64,000 bases of DNA, taken from the NCBI GenBank assembly GCA_044345405.1, contig JBIJBE010000001.1, positions 96,001-160,000 on the forward strand. The letters are read 5' to 3'. Under the pieces are notes generated by a model. The model did not search any database, was not told the origin of the DNA, and worked only from the letters and a program-made list of their open reading frames with translations. Each line of letters starts with the position of its first letter. Position 1 is the first letter of the stretch. Both the position numbers and the translations under genes were made by a program. Below are positions 30,643-40,093 of the stretch, piece by piece. Source of the DNA: Bdellovibrionota bacterium. GTDB lineage: Bacteria; Bdellovibrionota_C; UBA2361; OMII01.

Positions 30643-31089
30643 TTACAGGTAGACGTCCGTCTCCCCCGCATTCCACTGATTGAGCGCGAAGCGCTTCACC
30701 GCTTTGAAGGTTTGTAGCCGCTCATGCACCGCTCGCTGCACCCGCCCTGTTCCGAGTCCGTGCACCACTTTGACATGTGTGAGGTCGGAAAGAATTACTG
30801 AGTCGAGCCAAGCGTCCAGCTTTCGAATCGCCTCATCTACGGTGAGTCCGTGAAGGTCGAGGGATTGAGAGGGGCGTGGGGCGTTAGACGCGCGGGAGAT
30901 CGGAGCTGTAGTCGTGGATGATGGACGAGGAGATGTTGTCGGAGTGAGATCACGCGCGGTGCACGTGATTGTGAGTGAGCCGATAGCGATTTTGTATCTA
31001 TCCCCGCCAAGAATAGAGTGAACAACGCCATCTTTCTTGAGGGAGATGACGCGAACAACATCCCCCTCATTGAAGGTTTGCTCACCCAT
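30643..31089 (-). CDS. Stand-alone KOW + Smr domain protein (MutS2 C-terminus-like)
   Basis: GDVVRVI KOW-like, LDLHGLTVDEA, VVHGLGTG. Confidence 0.88.
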   Translation of the reverse strand: MGEQTFNEGDVVRVISLKKDGVVHSILGGDRYKIAIGSLTITCTARDLTPTTSPRPSSTTTAPISRASNAPRPSQSLDLHGLTVDEAIRKLDAWLDSVILSDLTHVKVVHGLGTGRVQRAVHERLQTFKAVKRFALNQWNAGETDVYL

Positions 31090-31094
31090 GACGA

Positions 31095-32357
31095 TTAATC
31101 AGCGAGTCTCACGAGGTGGTAGTTCTTCTTGCCGCTTCGAAGTACAACGAAACCCTTTGCAAGGAGCGCGGTCTCTTTGATCTTCAGCGTCTCGTTCGAT
31201 ACCCGCTCGCTATCGAGGTAGATGCCGCCAGCTTGCACGAGACGGCGAGCCTCTCCCTTTGACTTGGACACCGTTGTGCTTAAAAGGGTGAGGATGTCGA
31301 GTTCGTCTACCTGCGAGCGTGAAATCGCGCTTGATGGAGCGTCCTCGAAGATCTCAAGGATCTGATCGTTAGAAAGCTCTGAAAGAGCGCCGCTAAAGAG
31401 CGCCTGCGCGCACTTCTTGGCGTCAGCGGTTGCTTGCTCCCCATGCACGAAGGTGCAGATCGAGTCCGCAAGGAGCTTCTGCGCGTCACGCTTCTCGGGT
31501 GCCGTCTTCATGAGCGCCTCAACCTCTTCGATCTTCTCCTTGGTTTCAAGGGTGAAGATCTTAAGAAGGCGAATCGCCTCGGCATCCTGAACGTTCAACC
31601 AGAACTGATGGAACTTGTACGGGCTCGTCATCTTAGGGTTGAGCCACACGGCGTTCCCTTCAGATTTTCCGAACTTCTTTCCTTCGCTGTTGGTGATGAG
31701 CGGGAAGGAGAGTGCGTACGCGTCGCCCTGGATCTTGCGGCGGATGAGCTCAAGGCCCGCGGTGATGTTGCCCCACTGATCGGAGCCTCCGATCTGCAGT
31801 TTGCAGTTCTTGTGTTGGTAGAGGTGGAGGTAGTCGAAGGCTTGCAACAGCATGTAGCTGAACTCGGTGTACGAGATCCCGTCACCGGAGAGGCGGGATT
31901 TTACCGAGTCCTTCGCGAGCATGTAATTGATGGTGAAGTGTTTGCCCACATCGCGCAGGAAGGTCAGCATCGAGACATCTTTAGTCCACTCGATGTTGTT
32001 CACGAACTCTGGCGTGATATCGAGTCCAGCGCTGCGCCACAGGTTCGCCGCTTGCGTCTGCTGAAGCTTTACGTTCTCGGCAACCTGCTCAAGGGGGAGG
32101 AGGTTTCGCTCGGCGCTCTTTCCACCTGGATCGCCGATCATGCCGGTCGCGCCGCCAAATAGTAGAATCGGTTTGAGCCCGGCCCTCGAGAGGTGAATGC
32201 TTACGAGGAGCGCTACGAGGTTACCAACCTGAAACGAAGGGGCTGTTGGGTCGAACCCAATGTAGAACGCGTCGCCGGCTTTGAGCTTTGAGAGGGTCTC
32301 AGGATCTGACATATCCTGGATGAGTCCGCGCCAACTGAGTTCTTCGAAAACGTTCAT
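31095..32357 (-). CDS. tyrS: Tyrosine--tRNA ligase
   Basis: YIGFDPTA, QIGGSDQWGNI, KFGKS, S4-like C-terminus. Confidence 0.96.
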   Translation of the reverse strand: MNVFEELSWRGLIQDMSDPETLSKLKAGDAFYIGFDPTAPSFQVGNLVALLVSIHLSRAGLKPILLFGGATGMIGDPGGKSAERNLLPLEQVAENVKLQQTQAANLWRSAGLDITPEFVNNIEWTKDVSMLTFLRDVGKHFTINYMLAKDSVKSRLSGDGISYTEFSYMLLQAFDYLHLYQHKNCKLQIGGSDQWGNITAGLELIRRKIQGDAYALSFPLITNSEGKKFGKSEGNAVWLNPKMTSPYKFHQFWLNVQDAEAIRLLKIFTLETKEKIEEVEALMKTAPEKRDAQKLLADSICTFVHGEQATADAKKCAQALFSGALSELSNDQILEIFEDAPSSAISRSQVDELDILTLLSTTVSKSKGEARRLVQAGGIYLDSERVSNETLKIKETALLAKGFVVLRSGKKNYHLVRLAD

Positions 32358-32437
32358 AATTGCCTAATCTTGTGTACTTTTTGTATCTCCGCAGAGTTCT
32401 GGTACCATACAACCGGCCTGAAAGGCTGGCAACGTTT

Positions 32438-33580
32438 ATGAACTACAGGGATCCGAAAAGTATTCAGGAGGCGTTGGCCGAGCGTCGTGAGGCGCACGCG
32501 TTACGATACCTTGCGCCTGTGACTGGTGGTATCGACCTCTGCTCGAACGACTACCTCGGTATCTCGCGCAAGCTCGCCTCGATTCATCTCGCCCCGTCGT
32601 CTGAGTATGGGGTGATGGGCGCCACGGGCTCGCGCTTGGTGAGTGGTACCACCCAAGCCCATGAGGATCTTGAGAGCTTCTTGGCTGAGTTCCACGCCGC
32701 TCCCTCAGCGCTTCTCTTTGGCTCTGGGTACGAGGCGAACGTCGGGCTCCTAAGTAGCATCGGCACCCGCCACGACACGATTATCTACGACGATCTTGTG
32801 CACGCCTCGATGCGTGACGGTATTCGCCTGAGCGCCGCCCGGTCGTACTCCTTTCGACACAACGACCTCGACGATCTTCGAAAGAAGATCGCGCAAGCCC
32901 GTGGCGATATCTTTGTCGCGGTTGAGTCGCTCTATTCCATGGATGGTCATACCGCGCCGCTTCGAGAGTTGTGCGAGGTGTGCGAGGAGATGGGCGCTTA
33001 CCTAATCGTGGATGAAGCTCACGCGACCGGTGTGTATTGCAAGCGAGGGGAGGGGCTTGTGCAGCGTGAGGGGCTTGAGTCCCGAGTATACGCGCGCGTT
33101 CACACCTTTGGTAAAGGGGTGGGGTATCGCGGCGCTATCGTTATAGGAAGCGAGACCCTTCGAGAGTATCTCGTCAATTTCGCGCGCCCGTTTATCTATT
33201 CGACGGCGCCAGATCTTTTAACCCTTCGGTACATCGACCACGCGTACCGTTTGATGGCTGACGCTCATGACGAGCGGACGCGCCTGCGCGCCTTGATTAA
33301 TAGTGTTCGCTTGTTGCGTGAGGAGTTTCCCGCGCTTTCGTTCCTCGATTCCGATTCCCCGATTCAAGGAGTGGTGCTTCCCTCAAACGAGCGTGTTCTC
33401 GCGGCGGAAGGGGCGCTGCAGAGTGCCGGATTCTTCGCCAAGGCGATCCGTTCTCCAACCGTGCCTCATGGTTCGGAGCGAATCCGACTCTGTTTGCACG
33501 CCTACAATACCCTCGACGAGGTGCGCGAGTGCCTCGGGATTATCGCGGATTCCCTTCCGAGAGGTGTGGTGAATGGATAG
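32438..33580 (+). CDS. bioF: 8-amino-7-oxononanoate synthase (class II PLP aminotransferase)
   Basis: SNDYLG, GSRLVSG, HASMRDG, YSMDG, DEAHA, TFGK, IRSPTVP. Confidence 0.85.
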   Translation: MNYRDPKSIQEALAERREAHALRYLAPVTGGIDLCSNDYLGISRKLASIHLAPSSEYGVMGATGSRLVSGTTQAHEDLESFLAEFHAAPSALLFGSGYEANVGLLSSIGTRHDTIIYDDLVHASMRDGIRLSAARSYSFRHNDLDDLRKKIAQARGDIFVAVESLYSMDGHTAPLRELCEVCEEMGAYLIVDEAHATGVYCKRGEGLVQREGLESRVYARVHTFGKGVGYRGAIVIGSETLREYLVNFARPFIYSTAPDLLTLRYIDHAYRLMADAHDERTRLRALINSVRLLREEFPALSFLDSDSPIQGVVLPSNERVLAAEGALQSAGFFAKAIRSPTVPHGSERIRLCLHAYNTLDEVRECLGIIADSLPRGVVNG

Positions 33581-34781
33581 GAATCTCATCATTCGCGGGC
33601 TTTCGACTATCTCGCCGTTTGGTACGTGCCGAGCGGATATCGCTCGGCTTCTCGAGGATCCCGCGCCTCCCGCGGTGCCGTGCGCCGAAAGAAACGACCG
33701 CCCGATCTTTCCATTAACCGTTGGTGGCGAGGAGCTCGTGCGCGGCGTTGCTGGAGAGGAGCGTTACGCCCGCCTCGATAGGGTTGCGCACCTCGCCATC
33801 GCCTCGGTGCGGAGAACTCTTGATGCCGCTCACGGTCGACACGGGGAGATCGGATGCGTCACGATCGGCTCATCTCGTGGAGCGACGCAGACCCTTGAAC
33901 GGACGATCGCCGGCTTCGCCACTGATTCATCGAAGGTGCCGACCGAGACCTCGCCGACCACAACCGCGGGGAACATCTCCTCGTGGGTCGCGCAGGAGTG
34001 TGTCGCTCGGCGTACCGGGGATGTTGCCGCAGTTTCGATCGCGAGCATCGGCACCTCGATGACCTGCTCGAGCGCCTTTCAATCACTCGTAACGGCGGCG
34101 GCGTTCGTTCGAAGTGGGATGAGCTCCGCCGCTATCTTTGGTGGGTCTGAGGCGTGTCTGACGCCGTACACCATCGCGCACCTTGAAGCGCTCAGAATTT
34201 ACTCAGATGGCGCCACGCCGTGGCCGTGCAGGCCGTGTGGGAGCGTTTCGGTCGCTCAGAACACCGTGGCTTTGGGAGAGGGCGCTGGTACCGCTATCTT
34301 GATGTCTGATGATGGGGCGGCGGTCGACGGAGATCTTGCGTTACTCGGACTCGGGTGGGCTGTCGAGGAGACGCCGACCGCGACCGGTCTTTCGGCTGAT
34401 GGACGAGCGTTCGAACGTTCGATGCGGATGGCTGTGGCTGCGCTTCCCGCCGGAGTTTCGGTTGATACAGTTGTGGTTCACGCGCCTGGTTCGATAAAGG
34501 GGGATGAGGCCGAGCTGACCGCCGTGTCCCGTGTTCTCACCGATGAGGTCATGGTTGCGTCTACCAAACATCTGACCGGTCACACCTACGGGGCTTCGGG
34601 CATGGTGAGCCTCGCCTTGGCCCAGGCCCTCATTGAGGGGGCGCGATGGGGTGGATTCCCCTATGAGGCGGCGGTGCGGGGACGTCCGGAAGGGACGTCG
34701 CGAGTGGTTCTTATCAATACGGCGGGGTTCGGAGGGAACTCGGTGACCCTCATTGTGGGGGCCCGAAGGGGTAGAAGTTAG
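33573..34781 (+). CDS. Beta-ketoacyl synthase (FabF-like) coupled to bioF
   Basis: TCSS catalytic Cys, VHAPG and KHLTGHTYGASG histidines, GFGG. Confidence 0.85.
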   Translation: MDRNLIIRGLSTISPFGTCRADIARLLEDPAPPAVPCAERNDRPIFPLTVGGEELVRGVAGEERYARLDRVAHLAIASVRRTLDAAHGRHGEIGCVTIGSSRGATQTLERTIAGFATDSSKVPTETSPTTTAGNISSWVAQECVARRTGDVAAVSIASIGTSMTCSSAFQSLVTAAAFVRSGMSSAAIFGGSEACLTPYTIAHLEALRIYSDGATPWPCRPCGSVSVAQNTVALGEGAGTAILMSDDGAAVDGDLALLGLGWAVEETPTATGLSADGRAFERSMRMAVAALPAGVSVDTVVVHAPGSIKGDEAELTAVSRVLTDEVMVASTKHLTGHTYGASGMVSLALAQALIEGARWGGFPYEAAVRGRPEGTSRVVLINTAGFGGNSVTLIVGARRGRS

Positions 34782-34954
34782 GGCCGTTTACCCGATTTGA
34801 GCCCTTGCCGTCCTGTTCTCTAGCGGAAATCACAAGCTTGGGTTGAAACGGGGGCCGTTTTAGGCTACAAACCAAGGGCTTGGGAGTGCTTCCGTCCCGA
34901 CCATCCCTTTTTCTGGGTTTGTCATCGAGGAAGCTCTAGTTGTGAGGATTTATT

Positions 34955-35173
34955 ATGGCTAAGGCCGCTAAAGAAACCTTTTTCTTAGTTTCAGCAGAAG
35001 GTACTGGGTTCTTCTACACAAATCGTAAGAACAAGAAGAAGGGCAAGGGCGAGAATAAGCTCAAAGTTCGTAAGTACGATCCGGTTGCTCGTAAGCACGT
35101 TCTCTTCGAGGACAAAAAGCTTTCAAAGCTTAAGAAGAAGTACGTCGCCGCAGCTGCTGCTAAGAGCGAGTAA
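34955..35173 (+). CDS. rpmG: 50S ribosomal protein L33 (Cys-free type) with extensions
   Basis: LVSAEGTGFFYT, KYDPVARKHVLF. Confidence 0.92.
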   Translation: MAKAAKETFFLVSAEGTGFFYTNRKNKKKGKGENKLKVRKYDPVARKHVLFEDKKLSKLKKKYVAAAAAKSE

Positions 35174-35210
35174 TCCATACAGGACTAGCTTCCTTTGAGG
35201 AGGTCGTTGC

Positions 35211-37079
35211 ATGAGTCTACCCGCTGAAAGCACGGGAGCACACGCCGCGGTAGGGGACACCACCGCGGACGTATCACCATCAACGATCGCCATCGATACC
35301 TCTTCACTTTCTTCCGTTTCGCAGCCCTCCGTATGGCGAGGCATCGGCGTTGGCGTAGGGCTTATCGCGCTCGGCGTTGTTGGCTTCGCTTTGGAATACG
35401 CGGGACTAACCTCCGACACCCTACAGATGGTGTGCGGGGTTGGTGGGCTCGTCTCCGCGGCTGTTATCCTTCGCGAGCTTGCGGACCTTCCAAAATACTC
35501 ATCTCGTCGGTATTCCCCTCTTACCTTCGTTCCAGCTACGGGGGCGCTGCTGATTAGCGCGGCGGCTATCATGGCCGCGTTCGTTCCCGGTGGTGGCGTT
35601 GACTCTATAGGCGCGGCGCTTCTCGGTGGTCCAGCGCTCACCGTTGGCGCGGTACTTGTCGTTAGAACGCTCATCTCTCGGATCTGGGAGCAGGGGGATC
35701 AGATGACCTCGTTGGTTCCTAACTTCCCGGTCGACGCGAAGATGGTGGCGGAGGGTGAGGTTTTCCCGCTGACCGCAGGTATTATCGTACCGACTGATGG
35801 GCGTATTCGCTCCGGCACATGCGCAGTTCTTGAGCGCTACCTCTCTCCGGAAGCTCACTTCCGAGTGAAAGATGAGGCTGATGTGGTGTTCGCTGGCTCC
35901 TATGTGTTGAGTGGAGAGGCGTCCGTTCAGGCTCTCACGAGCTCCTACGATTCATGTCTCAAACGACTTGAGCAGGCGGTGCTTCCCGGTCTTCGATGGG
36001 TTGAGGAGTCGCTAAAGCGTGACCACGACCATATCGTGACCCCGCTTGTATACGTGCTGCTCTTCTGTTTCGTTTCCTCCGCGATCTTCTGGGATGAGCG
36101 AGGGGCGAGTGGAGCGACTATCCTTCTAGCCGCTGGTTCGATCTTAACGATCTCGTTGCTCCTCCAATTAGGAGAGGCGCTGTACGGAACCCGTAGCCGC
36201 TTGGTTCGAGCGTGGGCTCAACGTGGGTTCCTCATCAATTCAGCCAAAGCGTGGAGTGAACTCTATAACGTCCGCACCGTGGCGTACGATTCCTCACGGC
36301 TCGCCTCGACGACGGCGTGCCACGTGAAGGAACTGAACCTCATGGACGATCGAATTAGCGAGCACTCTCTCTGCTCCTGCATCGCCTCGATTGTTGGCCG
36401 CGCTGAGGATCCAGCTCTGGCGATGATCGGTGATTACTGCCAGCGTGTTGTGGGCGCTATCCCGACCGATCGGGTTATCGATCTTCATGAGTATGAAGGT
36501 CGAGGTATCTGCGGCACCGTAAAGGGGATTGAGTTCTCAATAGGCTCTGAGGATTTCCTCGTTGATAGAGGGATCCTTATTCAGCCAACTGAGAGCGCTC
36601 TTGAGGAGGGCTCTGAGGATAGAGTGGTTCTTGTCGCTATCGGTGACGACCTTATCGCGCGCTTTTGGGTGGCATTTGGCCAGGCGGATCTCCTCTCTGA
36701 GGAAGCGCTTCAACGATGGCCTAAGAACCTCCACGGAAGACTCATTGACCCGTCAGAGCGTGAGCTCGCTGGTGATGTTCTTTTGGTGCGAGGTGACGAG
36801 TCGGACGTTGTCGGACGCGCGCATTCCCCTGAGGTTGCGCTTCTTAAGCCGAACACCCTTGAGGTTCCGTCTTCGTCCGTTGTGGCTTTGACCCCTCACG
36901 TGGACCTAATCCCGGCCTTAGTGAAGGAGTGTCGGAAGCACGTGCACGAGGTATTCCGCGCCCGCGCCTGGATCCTGTTCGCGACCTTTGTGTCCGTGTG
37001 CCTCGTTTTCGCGGGGTTTGTGACCCCTCTCGTACCGGTGGCGTTGGTGCCGGTTATCGCGCTTTGCATATTTTTCTAA
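35211..37079 (+). CDS. Degenerate P1B-type ATPase-like membrane protein
   Basis: IVPTDG A-domain, VFAGS, EGRGI N-domain; DKTGT replaced by DSSRL, TGES by SPEA, no CPC or GDGxND. Confidence 0.75.
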   Translation: MSLPAESTGAHAAVGDTTADVSPSTIAIDTSSLSSVSQPSVWRGIGVGVGLIALGVVGFALEYAGLTSDTLQMVCGVGGLVSAAVILRELADLPKYSSRRYSPLTFVPATGALLISAAAIMAAFVPGGGVDSIGAALLGGPALTVGAVLVVRTLISRIWEQGDQMTSLVPNFPVDAKMVAEGEVFPLTAGIIVPTDGRIRSGTCAVLERYLSPEAHFRVKDEADVVFAGSYVLSGEASVQALTSSYDSCLKRLEQAVLPGLRWVEESLKRDHDHIVTPLVYVLLFCFVSSAIFWDERGASGATILLAAGSILTISLLLQLGEALYGTRSRLVRAWAQRGFLINSAKAWSELYNVRTVAYDSSRLASTTACHVKELNLMDDRISEHSLCSCIASIVGRAEDPALAMIGDYCQRVVGAIPTDRVIDLHEYEGRGICGTVKGIEFSIGSEDFLVDRGILIQPTESALEEGSEDRVVLVAIGDDLIARFWVAFGQADLLSEEALQRWPKNLHGRLIDPSERELAGDVLLVRGDESDVVGRAHSPEVALLKPNTLEVPSSSVVALTPHVDLIPALVKECRKHVHEVFRARAWILFATFVSVCLVFAGFVTPLVPVALVPVIALCIFF

Positions 37080-37091
37080 GGCCTCGTAGGG

Positions 37092-37117
37092 CGGTGACCA
37101 GGCAGGTTCGCCCTCCC
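37092..37117. repeat. Degenerate single REP unit
   Basis: CGGTGACCAGGCAGGTTCGCCCTCCC. Confidence 0.65.
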
Positions 37118-37267
37118 GACTTACCCGGTCCGATTCCCAAACCACCACCTCCGTATAGCCCCAACCCATTACCGTGCAATATCGGTCCACTATCTCACTT
37201 TTCCGAGCATCGAACGGGACCCTGCGGCATCCGAATTGTAGGGTGTATTGTTTTCCCGGAGGCTTAT

Positions 37268-37630
37268 ATGTCTGTCCCTGAGTTCCTTAATCGAGTCGGT
37301 TCGGCGTCAGATCTGTCCACGTCGGTGGTCGATGAGATAGTCGAAAGCACTCGTGGCTATGCTCGCGGTCCAGAGCGATCGCTTCTAGGAGCTCTCCTGT
37401 TCGATGGTATTCAGGCGTACATCGCGTACGCCTTGGCTGTTACCCCGAATGATAAAGCGCGTTACCTTGAGGCGTTCAACTGGATCATGGACGCGACCGC
37501 GGATGAGCCGTTTTCATTTAATGGCGTATGTGAGGCGTTAGGTATCTCACCTGAGTATCTCCGCCTCGGGCTCGCGAACGCTTCAACGTCACTTCTTTTT
37601 GAAGTGGGAAAGGCTCGTCGTAATTTCTAG
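37268..37630 (+). CDS. Hypothetical protein, paralog of 47301-47591
   Basis: PERSLLGALL...AFNWIMD...FSFNGVCEALG; GGAGG RBS. Confidence 0.8.
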   Translation: MSVPEFLNRVGSASDLSTSVVDEIVESTRGYARGPERSLLGALLFDGIQAYIAYALAVTPNDKARYLEAFNWIMDATADEPFSFNGVCEALGISPEYLRLGLANASTSLLFEVGKARRNF

Positions 37631-37694
37631 CCTAAGACACTTTCCAAAGGTTTGAGCCCACTTGTCTCCCGGTTTTTATAGGTTTTAGATCCTT

Positions 37695-37748
37695 CGTTCG
37701 GCACCGCTCTTCGACTCAGGTTTTCTGAGTCGGATTGGGTGCCGAACG
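37695..37748. terminator. Long hairpin between convergent genes
   Basis: CGTTCGGCACC...CGACTCAG-GTTTT-CTGAGTCG...GGTGCCGAACG. Confidence 0.65.
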
Positions 37749-37770
37749 TGTATGCGCCGCGAGGTTTTGG

Positions 37771-39027
37771 TTAGACCTCAGCTCGAAAGTAGTACGACCC
37801 GTCTTTGTAGGTGCACGGTCGATTGAGGCGCCACGCAACGTCGTCTACGACATCTCTTCGTACTCGAAGTCCTCGGCTCGTGGACGGTGAGACCTCGGCG
37901 GTCGGAGAGAGGTCGCGCGCGGCCTCGCCGAAGAACTCCATGAGAAGTAGGTCCTCTGCCTCGGGGCCGAGGATGTGGAGATCTAATCCCCGTATGCGAG
38001 CGATGAGCAAGGTGTCCTTACCGGTCACCCGCTGGATAAACTCACGGTCCTTCTCAAGGGTGACCTTGTATCCCATCAGCTCCGCGGGGTGTTTTAGAAT
38101 ACCGAAGTTGACTGGTGTGCTTACCTGACCTTGGAAGGTCATGAAGGCCGACGGATTCGAGGTGGGGGATTGGTATCCGTAGTCAAAGAAGTGAACGGAC
38201 GATGGCGCGGGCAGGTCTCGCATCTGCCAGAGCATGGCGATCGCCGCGGTTGGGAGGTGAAGGACGTTGCCGAACTGCTTGATAGAGCGGAGATCGCTCG
38301 CGTAGCGCTCAAGGATCTTCTCCCCGAGTGGTCGGAACGACTCCGGCATGATACGCCATCCCATCTCGAAGATGCTTGATAGGTCGGTGGGCATGAACTG
38401 TCGTGTTTGATATCGAATCGCCTTGAGTAGCCCCGGATTGTAGTTATCGAGCTCGTTCCACTGACCGCTCGAGATAAGCGAGCTCAGGAGTTCGGCGTCG
38501 AGGGGTGGCAAGGTGAGATTCCCATCGGCTGCAGCATCGATGGTAACTTTGCATGGAGTTTTGGTCGCTCGATGTGGAAGGTGCTGCGCTGGTTCGATCG
38601 CCATGTCCATCCACATCTCAACGGGGCGTCCCTCGTGACACGACCAATATTCATTGGGGAGGTCGTCACATAACTCAACCCCGACGACGTGAGCGTGAGG
38701 TCCCGCGATGTGTTGACGGGCTTGGAGCGCAGCGCACCGCTTAAAGGAGATCTCCTTGGGAAGGGAAGCGCCATGGGTTGTGAACGAGACATCGGAGAAA
38801 TCGTAGGTGGTATAGCCACTGAGCGATGGAGCGTGACGACACACCGCCCTCGCGAAGAAGAAGTTGCCGCTTCCCACTTCGTGGACCGCGGGGCGCGCTC
38901 CGGGCTGATTCGTGAGGCTCAGAGCGAACGCCAGTGGAAGAGGGGATCTGCGGAGCCGAGGGTTCGAAAGGCCCGAAGGGGATCGTCGATATTGGAGTAG
39001 AAGATCCGATTTGTGGTGCTCGCCCAT
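37771..39027 (-). CDS. Divergent SAM-dependent methyltransferase, MidA/NDUFAF7-like
   Basis: HEVGSGN, VELCDDLP, FFDYG and PVNF in the order of MidA ExGxG, NExxDAxP, IDYG, HVDF. Confidence 0.6.
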   Translation of the reverse strand: MGEHHKSDLLLQYRRSPSGLSNPRLRRSPLPLAFALSLTNQPGARPAVHEVGSGNFFFARAVCRHAPSLSGYTTYDFSDVSFTTHGASLPKEISFKRCAALQARQHIAGPHAHVVGVELCDDLPNEYWSCHEGRPVEMWMDMAIEPAQHLPHRATKTPCKVTIDAAADGNLTLPPLDAELLSSLISSGQWNELDNYNPGLLKAIRYQTRQFMPTDLSSIFEMGWRIMPESFRPLGEKILERYASDLRSIKQFGNVLHLPTAAIAMLWQMRDLPAPSSVHFFDYGYQSPTSNPSAFMTFQGQVSTPVNFGILKHPAELMGYKVTLEKDREFIQRVTGKDTLLIARIRGLDLHILGPEAEDLLLMEFFGEAARDLSPTAEVSPSTSRGLRVRRDVVDDVAWRLNRPCTYKDGSYYFRAEV

Positions 39028-39291
39028 AGGTTGAAGGGCACGGGGTTCGATAACGGAATGAGATTCGGTGGAGCGGTGGGGGATCGCATACCCGGAGATA
39101 ACGGAAGCTCCGCCGTTAATCAAATCCCGGGTTCGGTCGGACGCCGAGGTGATAGAGTAATCAGTCGTAGCCTGTCGTAATTAGTAATCGGCCAGACCTG
39201 ATTGTACAACTGGAGGGCGTACGATCCTTCGATTGGCGAGTTCTCCGCTCCTAGCCGTTGATCAGCTCGGCCAAATCTCTACAATCCCCTT

Positions 39292-40080
39292 ATGTTGTCA
39301 CAATCCCCCAAGGCGTCTTCCACTTCGGCTTCAACCCCTCGCGCAGAGGGCGAGATCTCTTACACACGCTTAACGGCCCTGCTTCATCTCGTGGGAGAGA
39401 ACCCCTCGACCCTTGAGCCGCTGCTCCATGAGCTGCGCGGCACGCAGTTCCACGTCCCAGTTGATGGCGGTGAATGCGCGTCGCTCGCTGACTCCAGGGT
39501 CTTCTGCAATGAACGAGAGGGGCAACTCTTCGGCATCGCCTTCTTAAGGGAGGCGGACGCGCGGGAATATTTCCGTGAGTATCAGGAACCGTACAGCTTG
39601 ATGCTGTGTCAAGGAAGCGATCTCGTCGCAACGTTGACCAAACGAGAACCCCTCTTAGGTCTCTACCTCGTTGATGGCGGTGAGGGATATTTCCTGAACG
39701 CCGAGGTTATGAGCGTTGGTTCCGGTATCCTCGATTTCAAGAACGCTGAAGTTGAACACGTGCAGTACGCGCCGACGCCGTACAGCGGCGCTATCCCGAG
39801 GCAGCTTCGTACGGAGCTTAATCTGCTCTGTTCGAAGCATCCTCACATCGAGCGGGTTTACCTGAGCGATATTATCGCCGCGAAGGGGCCCCAGGGAGCC
39901 GCCTTTATTATCGTGGGAGACCATGAGGCCTCACCTGTTAACGTGCAGGATATCCTCTCAGCTATAGCTACCCGCTGTGGGCTCGCGGATTGGAGGGGCA
40001 CCATTACATGGATCGATGGGGGAGAGGGTGAGGAGATCCTGCGCCGTAATCACATCGACCTCGTGTACTCTCGGAAGTGA
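39292..40080 (+). CDS. SseB-like two-domain protein
   Basis: FHVPV, IAF, LCQGSDL N-domain; HPHIERVYL SseB_C-like segment. Confidence 0.5.
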   Translation: MLSQSPKASSTSASTPRAEGEISYTRLTALLHLVGENPSTLEPLLHELRGTQFHVPVDGGECASLADSRVFCNEREGQLFGIAFLREADAREYFREYQEPYSLMLCQGSDLVATLTKREPLLGLYLVDGGEGYFLNAEVMSVGSGILDFKNAEVEHVQYAPTPYSGAIPRQLRTELNLLCSKHPHIERVYLSDIIAAKGPQGAAFIIVGDHEASPVNVQDILSAIATRCGLADWRGTITWIDGGEGEEILRRNHIDLVYSRK

Positions 40081-40093
40081 TAACGGGAACAGA

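Noticed and set aside
36929-37267. Long N-terminal extension of the 37268 gene
   Set aside because: Overlaps the upstream CDS and a REP unit; ATG 37268 has a GGAGG RBS and matches the paralog length.
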